A DNA stretch of 26,118 bases from Patescibacteria group bacterium (GCA_038064175.1 JBBTTQ010000034.1:1-26118), one strand, 5' to 3'. Positions 16,701-24,506 are shown, counted from the first letter of the stretch. Numbers and translations are program-made. The notes: generated from the letters alone by a model not told the origin.

Positions 16701-18915
16701 CGTCACGGATCTCGACCAGGCGGTCGTTGCCGTGAACGGCGCGGAACTCGATCAGGACAATGACGACGGCAATGCCAATATGGATCTCGCTATGGACATG
16801 GACAGCGACGCGACAGCGGCTCAGGTCGGCACGACCGTCGCATTCGACAGCGCTACGATCGGTCAATTGAATGACGGCGGCGCCGCGAACCAGAGCGTCG
16901 AGAGCAACACTCCTTCGACAGCAGTCACCGTTGGTGACCAGGCAGTCGTAGCGGTCAATGGCGCGGAGGTGGATCAGGACAACGACGATGGCAGCACGAA
17001 TATGCTCGTGGACGCGGATCTCGATGCGGCCGCAAATGGAGGACAACTCCTCGACTCCGTTGCCGGGGATGTCCTCACCGTCGACCAGACAAACGTCGGC
17101 GGCTCGGCCAATCAGGATGTGGACACGAACAGTGAGTCCACAGCGGTAACGATCGGTGTTCAGGAAATCGTCGCCGTGAATGCAGCGGACATTGATCAGG
17201 ACAACGACGATGGCTCTGGGAATATGAGCGCCCTCCTCGACATGGACAGCGACGCCGCAGGCGAACAGGGTGTCACATCCGTCGCAGGCAGCAGCTCGGA
17301 CGTCGATCAAACGAACGTCGGCGGCTCCGCGAACCAGACGGCTGCCAGCGACGGCACATCCACGGCTGTCGGTGCAGGCGATCAATCCATCACGTCCCTG
17401 AACGATGCGGACGTCGACCAGGACATTGACACCTCGCTCGGCGCAGGTTCGCAGGCGGCGGACATCATCGCCGATGCGGATGCTTCAGGCACGCAAGGCG
17501 TTACCTCCGTTTCCGGCAACAGCCAGGACTTGGATCAGACGAACGGCGGAGGCGCTGCAAATCAGGACGGCAGCAACACGGCGGATGCCACTTCCCTTGC
17601 AGACGGCAACCAGGAGATCGCTGCGGTGAATGACATCGACCTCGATCAGGATATCGATCTCGTCGCAGGCGCCGGTGCGCAATCGACGACGATCATCGCC
17701 GATGCAGACGCTTCGGGCAGCCAGACGACGGTTGCGGTAGCCGGCAACAGCCAGGACTTGGACCAGACGAACGGCGGAGGATCCGCGAACCAGACCGGTT
17801 CCAATAATGGCTCTGCGACGGCGGTCGCCGATGCGGGCTCGTCCCAGACCATCACGGCCTTGAACGACATCGACGTCGATCAGGACCTCGATGCGACGAG
17901 CGCGGCAGGCGCGCAGTCAGCGCTCATCACCCCGACGGCCACGGCCACGGGCGAGCAGACGACGGTCGCAGCCTCCGGAAATGACCAGTCCGTCACGCAG
18001 ATGAATGACGATGGCGCAGCGAACCAGGACGGTTCGAACACGGGAAATGCGACAACCGTCTCCGATGCGGATCAGGACATCTCAGCCACGAACAACGTGA
18101 CCCTCGTCCAGGACGCGACGGCAACGAACGCGGCAGTCGCCCAGGCGGCTCGCGTCGCTCCGACGTCCGAGGCTTCCGGCAGCCAGACAGTGGATGGCGT
18201 CTCCGGCAACACGCAGTCGGTGGATCAGAGTGTCGATGACGGCTCCGGTAACCAGGAAGGCAGTAATGACGGCACGGCCGTCACAGGCGCCTCCGGCGAA
18301 CAGGACGTCGCTTCCGAGACGAACACATTGATCACCCAGGACTGCGACGTGAGCTTCGGCGCATGCGCTCAGTACGTCGATCTCGCTCCGGGCGCCAGCA
18401 CGACGGCCAACCAGGAACTCTCGGCCGGCTCCGGCAACGATCAGACGGTGAATCAGGCGGTGGAGGACGGCTCCGGTAACCAGAACGCCGCGAACTCCGG
18501 CGAAGCGGAAACGATTGCGGATGCCGATCAGGATGCTTCGTCCTCCGTCGACACGACAGTTGTCCAGACCTGCACGCTGACGGGCGGCGCCTGCGCCCAG
18601 TACACGGGCGGCACGCCGACTTCGACGACGACAGCCGATCAGTCCATCACGGCAACGTCGGACAATGATTCCGAAATCAACCAGGACCTGGACGCCGACG
18701 CTTCCGGCAACCAGGATGCTGATTCCGACACAAGCGCTCTCACATATGTCTCCGCTGTTCAGAATGCTCTCTCGAACACGACGACGGACGTGACGCAGAC
18801 ATCGGGTGCCGGCGGCAATCAATCGGCCACGGTGAACGGTTCTTCGACCACGACCTCGACCATGAGCTTGACCGCAGGTTCGTCGAACACGACCACGATC
18901 AACCAGAATCAGTAG
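13756..18915 (+). CDS. Giant secreted acidic repeat protein (1719 aa; about 44 Q/N-patterned ~37-aa units)
   Basis: Basic n-region, hydrophobic segment and ASA cleavage motif (about aa 47). The rest alternates QxxxGGxANQ and QDNDDGxANM units with a 74-aa period. No C-terminal anchor. Confidence 0.92.
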   Translation: MPTVRRTLGTKTQRKKKQKRITLSLRSTLAAGVTAVMLFWVNGTASANQFSAITTVANTIVSAILSPTSLFSTTTSQTSSGPVNQDVLYDGSADTAADVSGAIAADNTADIVQAETAVGLTNQDGLIDGSAVSDVLVDVAADATVAATVDQTATGPANQDAEGTSEGSTDVDSDIGVDTMNDLLVDQSADTGLINQNGGIVADADSEVVQLIAGGSTGTSDVTQASTGGPANQDITNITVLNTVLNAVQNILTFNVVDIDQNCVGTCNQTADVDVNAVTLAGQVLIGDSTAVNTLTQTNAGGSANQNAGNNSSTASILEALQDILTGNSVGVTQTGVDGNANQDMALEGNAGVLAEQVVDSSAVTLDEVTQANAGGSANQDLENSGTALDAVIALQGASALNSVLASQNNDDGNANQDIDVAFDANVAGAQVVEGTAAAVSDLTQTNVGGAANQNAVNAATAVDSILAGQELGAANTVDASQDNGEGDANMDIDADVSASVEGAQLISGPAVAATTAVQSNIGGSANQDFGNSAVALDTIVAGQSLGSSNDVDVDQDNDEGNANMDAGVSALAGVAGVQAIEGTALSANLIGQVVVGGDGNQELDNDSVASDVIVAGQEMAALNQIDVGQENDDGDANMNAEVGADAATEGAQLIEGGAVSLNALGQAVVGGDGNQDLTNASTAANVIVASQDLIAGSDIDVTQDNDDGDANMNAEVDAEADAAGAQLIEGTAVSATLAGQAVIGGDANQDMDLTSVASDTIVAGQGVAAGHEIDVDQENDDGDANMDAGVLADADADGVQLISGPAVATTTAGQIAAGGNANQDMDNVTVASDAIVAGQEVLAGSSVDIDQDNDDGDANMSADAEVLSDADGAQIIDGTALADNDLTQLNVGGNANQDMANDSAATDVIVAGQTVFAGSEVEMDQENDDGNANMDIDFLADADADGVQVATGVAVSLSELDQTNVGGDANQTVDHDSDVVSVTDLDQAVVAVNGAELDQDNDDGNANMDLAMDMDSDATAAQVGTTVAFDSATIGQLNDGGAANQSVESNTPSTAVTVGDQAVVAVNGAEVDQDNDDGSTNMLVDADLDAAANGGQLLDSVAGDVLTVDQTNVGGSANQDVDTNSESTAVTIGVQEIVAVNAADIDQDNDDGSGNMSALLDMDSDAAGEQGVTSVAGSSSDVDQTNVGGSANQTAASDGTSTAVGAGDQSITSLNDADVDQDIDTSLGAGSQAADIIADADASGTQGVTSVSGNSQDLDQTNGGGAANQDGSNTADATSLADGNQEIAAVNDIDLDQDIDLVAGAGAQSTTIIADADASGSQTTVAVAGNSQDLDQTNGGGSANQTGSNNGSATAVADAGSSQTITALNDIDVDQDLDATSAAGAQSALITPTATATGEQTTVAASGNDQSVTQMNDDGAANQDGSNTGNATTVSDADQDISATNNVTLVQDATATNAAVAQAARVAPTSEASGSQTVDGVSGNTQSVDQSVDDGSGNQEGSNDGTAVTGASGEQDVASETNTLITQDCDVSFGACAQYVDLAPGASTTANQELSAGSGNDQTVNQAVEDGSGNQNAANSGEAETIADADQDASSSVDTTVVQTCTLTGGACAQYTGGTPTSTTTADQSITATSDNDSEINQDLDADASGNQDADSDTSALTYVSAVQNALSNTTTDVTQTSGAGGNQSATVNGSSTTTSTMSLTAGSSNTTTINQNQ

Positions 18916-18935
18916 GCAACGGGCGAAAGCCTGGG

Positions 18936-18967
18936 AAAAGGGGAGCCGCACAGGGCTCCCCTTTTTT
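18936..18967 (+). terminator. Intrinsic terminator (potentially bidirectional)
   Basis: aaaa-ggggagcc-gcacag-ggctcccc-tttttt. Confidence 0.85.
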
Positions 18968-19017
18968 GTACGCGATACGAGAATCGCTTTGCGGTAGAGA
19001 GAGATGGCTAACCCGTC

Positions 19018-19045
19018 ACTGTCAATATAATATCATATTGACAGT
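19018..19045. other. Perfect 11-6-11 inverted repeat between two terminators
   Basis: ACTGTCAATAT-aatatc-ATATTGACAGT. Confidence 0.8.
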
Positions 19046-19062
19046 CCGGTCTCCGCTCATGC

Positions 19063-19094
19063 AAAAAAAAGCCGCCCCGCGCGCGCGGGGCGGC
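19063..19094 (-). terminator. Intrinsic terminator of the minus-strand gene
   Basis: GC-rich palindrome gccgccccgcgcgcgcggggcggc with an A8 run on plus (U-tract on minus). Confidence 0.85.
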
Positions 19095-19114
19095 CCAGAT
19101 TCTTTGTGCATCCA

Positions 19115-19456
19115 TTACTTCGTCTCCCTTGTTTCCTCCACCGGTTTTTCCCCGACATCCAGTGCGTCCTCCGGGAGTCCGTAGTGCAGGAGACATTTCT
19201 TCAGGAAAGACTCATAGTCGCTCCTGAGGTACATATTCTTCTCCGCCATGTTGGTGTAGGTCTTTGCATCTTTCGTTCCCTTCGCCAACTCTGCCTTGGA
19301 TTTGAGAAGCGTGCGGGCATCCGCCGACGCTTCCCGCGCACATTGCCGGTAGGAAAGGATCGGTCTGATCTGGAACCAGTAGAAAAAGAAACCGGTGAGA
19401 ACGAGCGCGACGAGGAGCCAGAGTCGCCCGCGGAATGGATTGCTTCGAAGCAGCAT
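19115..19456 (-). CDS. Hypothetical protein with one N-terminal TM and a Cys pair
   Basis: MLLRSNPF...WLLVALVLTGFFFYWFQIRP...QC...KKCLLHYGL. ATG 19456 follows a pyrimidine-rich leader. Confidence 0.7.
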   Translation of the reverse strand: MLLRSNPFRGRLWLLVALVLTGFFFYWFQIRPILSYRQCAREASADARTLLKSKAELAKGTKDAKTYTNMAEKNMYLRSDYESFLKKCLLHYGLPEDALDVGEKPVEETRETK

Positions 19457-19625
19457 GGGAAGGAAGGGGAAGAAGAAGAAGAACGCGCGGCGAACCGGGC
19501 GAGTGGCAGACGGTACGTGAGCGAACATTCATTTGTCAACATCCATTGCCTTTTGTCCACTTCGAACGTACGAAAAAACGCTATTAAAACTCCTTTTTCC
19601 CTTATTTAAGCCATTCTACTTCTTT

Positions 19626-19655
19626 TTGACAAAGTTTGATAATCGTTTCTACAAT
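19626..19655 (+). promoter_or_regulatory. sigma70-type promoter
   Basis: TTGACA-N18-TACAAT, 8 nt before ATG 19664. Confidence 0.55.
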
Positions 19656-19663
19656 TCCTTTCC

Positions 19664-20986
19664 ATGCTGCGCTGGATTGCCACCGTGCTTCTCTCGGCCT
19701 GTCTCTCGCTTGGGATGGTTCTTCCCGCGGAGGCTGCGTACGTCTCGCTTAAGGATTTCAAGCTCCATGATTTTGACGATGCAATCTTAAAGCAACTCGG
19801 GTTCAGCGTCGGGGTCGTCGTGTATTACAGTGAAATGGCCTCCATCACATCCGAACAGGTGACGGAGCGGAGGCAACTGGAACGGATCGGATGCAATCCG
19901 TTCCTCATCATGAAAGAAGGACAGGTGCTGGAAAAAGGATATAACTGCCGGTCGTTCTTCTGTGCCGGCTACATCAAAGGACCGAAGCAGTGCATGACGA
20001 ATAAAGGCGAACCCACGGGCGGCGTCGTTGAGATCAGCCGGCGCCTCGGTCTCGTCGTGATTCCCGAAGAGACGACCTACTTCGACATGATGCCTTCGGC
20101 GGAGGTAACGGAGAGCATGCGCACAAGGATGGCTGATATGTCTGAAGTCCGCTGCAGGCCGTTTTATATCCGCATGTTCGATATCCTCATCGGCGAAGGC
20201 TACACATGTGACGAGGTGGGACAGTTCCCGTACTTCTCCCCGGCGAACCTTTGCAAAGACGATTGGCGTGATCAGAAGAAAGTTTTTTCCTGCACGCTCC
20301 CGGAGCGCCGCGATGAAGTGGAGATCCGCAAAACCGCCATTTCTCTTCGCGAGGACAGGAGCGTGAGCAGCGCCGCTTCGTCCGCTTCTTCTTCAGACTT
20401 TTCCGTTATGACAGGCATTCCCCCCACGTCGTTTGTCGACGTCATCGCCGGTCAGTATGGCTATACGGCCATCATGGATCTCCTCCGTCGCGGGATCATT
20501 CGCGGTTACGATGACGGACTCTTTCGGCCGAAAGCGATGGTGAATCGGGCCGAATTTGTGAAAATGCTCATCGGCGGACTGCACCCTTCAGAGGCACAGG
20601 GCGAAACGAACTGTTTTCCGGATGTCACGGACGAGTGGTTCGCGTCCTCCGTCTGCGCGGCGAAGAGACTCGGTTGGGTTTCCGGTTACAGCGACGGCAG
20701 ATACCGGCCGGACCAGGTCATCCGTCGCGACGAAGGACTCAAGATTGTCGTTGCCTCCCTGGGGCTGCCCCTCGAAACGACAGCCCCCGCGCCGCCGGAC
20801 GTTGCAAGCAGCACCTGGTTCACGCCCTACGCCCGCAAAGCCATGGAACTCAGACTCATCCTGGAGCCGACCTTTCGTCCCATGCTGATCGCAACGCGCG
20901 CCGATGCGGCAGTCTGGATGTACAGAGGCCTTCAGGCGATGCAAGGGGCAGGAACATCCTCATCCAGTACAAAAACTTCTCCATAA
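19664..20986 (+). CDS. Secreted protein with a duplicated Cys-rich module and C-terminal SLH domains
   Basis: Signal peptide (...PAEA); SLH motifs FVDV...GIIRGYDDGLFRPKAMVNRAEFVKM, FPDVTDEWF...GWVSGYSDGRYRPDQVIRRDE, PPDVASSTWF...ATRADAA. Confidence 0.88.
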   Translation: MLRWIATVLLSACLSLGMVLPAEAAYVSLKDFKLHDFDDAILKQLGFSVGVVVYYSEMASITSEQVTERRQLERIGCNPFLIMKEGQVLEKGYNCRSFFCAGYIKGPKQCMTNKGEPTGGVVEISRRLGLVVIPEETTYFDMMPSAEVTESMRTRMADMSEVRCRPFYIRMFDILIGEGYTCDEVGQFPYFSPANLCKDDWRDQKKVFSCTLPERRDEVEIRKTAISLREDRSVSSAASSASSSDFSVMTGIPPTSFVDVIAGQYGYTAIMDLLRRGIIRGYDDGLFRPKAMVNRAEFVKMLIGGLHPSEAQGETNCFPDVTDEWFASSVCAAKRLGWVSGYSDGRYRPDQVIRRDEGLKIVVASLGLPLETTAPAPPDVASSTWFTPYARKAMELRLILEPTFRPMLIATRADAAVWMYRGLQAMQGAGTSSSSTKTSP

Positions 20987-21098
20987 TAATTTATATATTT
21001 GTCAACACACCTCGGATACGCCCGTGGTGAGTCAATTATTTTGGCTACCATAAGCCAATAAATTATAACTTCCAACCATATTTCGACCGAAGCGGCAA

Positions 21099-21127
21099 TT
21101 GACACTTCGTGGAAAAAACGAGATTCT
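21099..21127 (+). promoter_or_regulatory. Possible sigma70-type promoter
   Basis: Perfect TTGACA, N17, weak -10 GATTCT. Confidence 0.3.
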
Positions 21128-21163
21128 ACCTTCCTTTATTTTGCCCCCTTCTCCTCTTCTGCC

Positions 21164-23275
21164 ATGTCCGCACGCTCTCTCTCGATTCAGTCACTCTTCA
21201 CCGTTCCGGTTCTCGTCATTGCATGGGTCGTTGGAACCCTTTCATTTTCTGCGTTGGCGGCGGGCGAAACATGTAACGGCCTTGCAGCGACGATCGTTGG
21301 CACCGCGGGCAATGATTCGATCAATGGAACGTCCGGCGATGACGTGATCGTCGGTCTCGGCGGCCATGACAGCATCAATGGAAATGGCGGCAACGATACC
21401 ATTTGCGGGAATGCGGGTGATGACGAGATCAATGGGGACAATGGGCATGATTACATCGAAGGCGGAGACGGTGCGGATGAAATCAAGGGCGACAACGGCG
21501 ATGACACGATATTCGGAGGAGAGGGCAATGACGAGATCGACGGCGGCAACGACGAGGACTCGCTGTGCGGCGATGCCGGCAACGACATTCTCGAAGGCAA
21601 GAATCATAATGACACGCTCTGCGGCGGCGATGGCGAGGACGAATTGAAAGGCGGTATCGGTGACGACGTTTTGGACGGTGGCGCGGGTACCGATACGCTC
21701 CAGGGTGATCTTGGAATCGATGCCTGCCACCAGGGTGAATCGAACTCCGGCTGCGAATCGACGAGCGGCTCGGCCTCTTCGCTCTGCCCCGCAAGCGGTG
21801 GCGGCAGTTCCAGCAGCGTCAGCAGCGCAAGTTCCAGCGACAGTTCAGGGGCAAGCAGTGTCAGTTCATCGGTTTCTTCAAGCTCATCTTCCGTCGTATC
21901 CTCCTCTTCCTCCGTTGACCCCGGAATTGTTCCGACATGCCGGGGGAGAACCGCGACTATCTACGTGTATCTCGGAGTCATCATCGGAGGCGACGACCAC
22001 GGCAGTCTCTATGGCGGAACATTGAATGGAACGGCGGGAGACGATGTGATGGTCGGCACTGCCGGTTCCGATACGATCGACGGCGACATGGGCAATGACG
22101 TCATCTGCGGTCTTTCGAGCAACGATGACATCGAGGGGGGATTCGGCGATGACGAGGTGGATGCAGGAGACGGCAATGACACCGTCACAGGAGAGATCGG
22201 CGACGACACGCTCTGCGGCGGGGAGGTGGACGACGTGCTCAGAGGGAGTATCGGTGACGATATTCTCTGCGGCGACAATGGCAATGATACGCTGGAAGGC
22301 GATATCGGCAGTGATAAATTGCAGGGCGGTCCCGACACCGACTCCCTCGATGGAGGCATTGACAGCGATATCTGCCTGAACGGAGAATCACTCTCCAGCT
22401 GCGAGGACACGGCAACGCCGTTCCCGGAGTGCGATCCCTCCGGCGGCTCTTCGTCCAGTGACGGCAGCTCTTCAAGTTCAGGCGGGTCTGGCGGGTCCGA
22501 GGGATCATCGAGTTCGGATGGCGGCGGCTCCAGTATTTCCTCCAGCGCCGGGAGCAGCGTAAGCAGCAGCGGTGGGGGAGGGGGAGGGGGAGAAGACGAG
22601 GGTGGTGGGGGGGGCGGAACGCTCAGTCTCGACGGCACGAACGGCCAGGGCGGTCATCGCGGTCACCGGACGAACTTGATCGCAGGCGTCGCGCGCATGC
22701 TGGTCTTCTGGCACCTGGAACCCGGTGCGCGGGGCTTTACCGGCATCGCTTCGGGCGGATTCGGTGGCATCGCCCCCGGGGCGTTCGGCGGGAACCCGGG
22801 AGGAAGCTATTCGGAGGAGGAACTGAATCTCGCTTGCGCTCTCCGGGAGGCGCTTCCGCGCATCATGACAGCAGGAGTTCTTCAGTGGACGATTGAATAC
22901 ATCGCCAACCTCGTGAACGGCAATCCTGAGGTTATCCGGGAAGTGCTCATCGATCCCGATCTCTGTGAAAAACCCTCCTTCTCGGCGAGCGCGGCTCCGG
23001 AACTTTTGGTTACCCAGGCGGAACGCATCCCTTTGCCCGTTGCCGACGACGGCACGCCGACATCGACGAATATGGCATTCAACGCCTGTATCCGGAGACA
23101 AGTTCTTCTTGATCGTGACGGAAAGCCTTATAACTGCCGTCGCTACTACGAAGCGAACACCTGGATCCACCCGGATACGGGAGCGACGTTCGTGTGGCAT
23201 AACCGTGTGCGTCCCATGCTCTTCCTGCCGGACAACGTGTACGCCGTGCGTGACACGTACGTCGTCTCCAGGTAG
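21164..23275 (+). CDS. Secreted hemolysin-type (RTX-like) Ca-binding repeat protein: two modules, Ser/Gly linkers, unknown C-terminal domain
   Basis: N-terminal signal peptide; many GGxGxDxI/L nonapeptides; each module opens with TCxG..AT and closes with C..GE...CE. Confidence 0.88.
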   Translation: MSARSLSIQSLFTVPVLVIAWVVGTLSFSALAAGETCNGLAATIVGTAGNDSINGTSGDDVIVGLGGHDSINGNGGNDTICGNAGDDEINGDNGHDYIEGGDGADEIKGDNGDDTIFGGEGNDEIDGGNDEDSLCGDAGNDILEGKNHNDTLCGGDGEDELKGGIGDDVLDGGAGTDTLQGDLGIDACHQGESNSGCESTSGSASSLCPASGGGSSSSVSSASSSDSSGASSVSSSVSSSSSSVVSSSSSVDPGIVPTCRGRTATIYVYLGVIIGGDDHGSLYGGTLNGTAGDDVMVGTAGSDTIDGDMGNDVICGLSSNDDIEGGFGDDEVDAGDGNDTVTGEIGDDTLCGGEVDDVLRGSIGDDILCGDNGNDTLEGDIGSDKLQGGPDTDSLDGGIDSDICLNGESLSSCEDTATPFPECDPSGGSSSSDGSSSSSGGSGGSEGSSSSDGGGSSISSSAGSSVSSSGGGGGGGEDEGGGGGGTLSLDGTNGQGGHRGHRTNLIAGVARMLVFWHLEPGARGFTGIASGGFGGIAPGAFGGNPGGSYSEEELNLACALREALPRIMTAGVLQWTIEYIANLVNGNPEVIREVLIDPDLCEKPSFSASAAPELLVTQAERIPLPVADDGTPTSTNMAFNACIRRQVLLDRDGKPYNCRRYYEANTWIHPDTGATFVWHNRVRPMLFLPDNVYAVRDTYVVSR

Positions 23276-23276
23276 A

Positions 23277-24359
23277 TCACGGGGTGTCTCTGGGTTCGTC
23301 GCGTCCCGCGGTCATCGGTTCCGCCCATGCACCTGCAATGAATTGGAGCGGATGGACCGTGAAGTGTGAGGCCTCCGTCCTTCCCGGAAGGGAAGACGGC
23401 CAATAGGGTTGATGGGCAAGTTCGTCCGGTTCTCCCCGGTCGACCTGGAGATGCAGGTGCGGAGCGGTCGTGTTCCCCGTTATGCCGACCCGACCGACAA
23501 TCGTACCGGGACGCACGGTGTCGCCTTCCTGCACATGCACCGATCCGAAATGTCCGTAGATGGAGAAGTAAGTATCACCACGGATCCGATGTTCGATGAT
23601 GATATGGAGCCCGAGGCCCCGCGCGTCACTGCGCACGGCGTGCACGCGGCCGCCGCCGATAGCCCCAATGGGCGTTCCGAGAGCTAATTTCAGATCCACA
23701 CCGGGGTGCACGGCGCTGAATTCTCCTGCATCCAGATCGTAGGCGGCAAAATGACGTGTGGAGTAGAAGAGCTTGGTGGTGATCGCAGGCACGCTCTCCG
23801 CGCGGCGCACTAGGAGAGATTCCATCGGCGTCATCAACGTGTCCATGTCGTACCGCGGAACGGGCACGAAATCCTCATTTGTCATTTCGGAAAACGTACG
23901 TCTCCATTCCTCTTCTGTATCCATGATGCCCCAGTTTGGAACACGGCTGACGGGGAAGACCGCGCGCTCAAAGGGCGGAAAATAGTCAGATACTTCCGGT
24001 ACGGGAATTACTGCGGCATGAGATACGGCGGATGAGGTCGCCTCCTCGGCGTCCGCAGACGATTGTTCAGAAGAAATTGGTTGAAGGTATGGTTGGGGCG
24101 ATGTTTCCGAAGAAAGAGAAGAAGAGGAAACACTTTGTACGGTCATCGGTTTCCTCGGAGCTGTTCTTCGACGTGACGGTTGGCTTACGCGATAAAATTG
24201 CCGCGGGCGGAGGATCATAGCTTCCGTTTGAGATTCGAATCGGGGCTGGAGCGAGAGACCGAGCGAAGCCCCCGCTATCGTGCCGAGGAAAGCGGCGGCA
24301 AGAGGTCTTGTCTGTGTTTTCAAAAATGCAAGAATGTGTTTGTATTTTTCTTTGTACAT
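23277..24359 (-). CDS. M23 family metallopeptidase with an N-terminal membrane anchor
   Basis: HPGVD (HxxxD), YGH, GNTTAPHLHLQV (HxH); hydrophobic N-terminal segment and Ser-rich linker. Confidence 0.9.
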   Translation of the reverse strand: MYKEKYKHILAFLKTQTRPLAAAFLGTIAGASLGLSLQPRFESQTEAMILRPRQFYRVSQPSRRRTAPRKPMTVQSVSSSSLSSETSPQPYLQPISSEQSSADAEEATSSAVSHAAVIPVPEVSDYFPPFERAVFPVSRVPNWGIMDTEEEWRRTFSEMTNEDFVPVPRYDMDTLMTPMESLLVRRAESVPAITTKLFYSTRHFAAYDLDAGEFSAVHPGVDLKLALGTPIGAIGGGRVHAVRSDARGLGLHIIIEHRIRGDTYFSIYGHFGSVHVQEGDTVRPGTIVGRVGITGNTTAPHLHLQVDRGEPDELAHQPYWPSSLPGRTEASHFTVHPLQFIAGAWAEPMTAGRDEPRDTP

Positions 24360-24365
24360 CAAATC

Positions 24366-24394
24366 ATTATATCATATTTTTGTTATTACGTAAA
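24366..24394 (-). promoter_or_regulatory. sigma70 promoter with extended -10; predicts a leaderless M23 mRNA
   Basis: TTTACG-N17-TATAAT with TGn extension; ATG begins 6 nt after the -10 hexamer. Confidence 0.7.
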
Positions 24395-24506
24395 TTTTCG
24401 GAAGAGCCCTGATACAAGGGAAAAAAAGAAGATAGGTGCAAGGATATTTGAAAAGTGATCCTGCAATCTTTGTAACAAATTTCAGCGGGAGACGTTTCAT
24501 CATTGC

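Noticed and set aside
13756-18915. Ice-nucleation protein, RTX toxin or autotransporter identity for the giant protein
   Set aside because: No 16-aa AGYGSTxTA repeats, no GGxGxD nonapeptide runs, and no C-terminal beta-barrel with terminal aromatic residue.
18914-18960. c-di-GMP-I riboswitch-like words (GGCAAC...GAAA, CGCACAGGGC)
   Set aside because: Elements are in the wrong order and lie 3' of a gene; fully explained as a GAAA hairpin plus an intrinsic terminator.
22571-22614. G-runs including G8 (phase variation or G-quadruplex)
   Set aside because: They encode a poly-Gly linker in an intact frame, and G8 is short for a contingency tract at this GC content.
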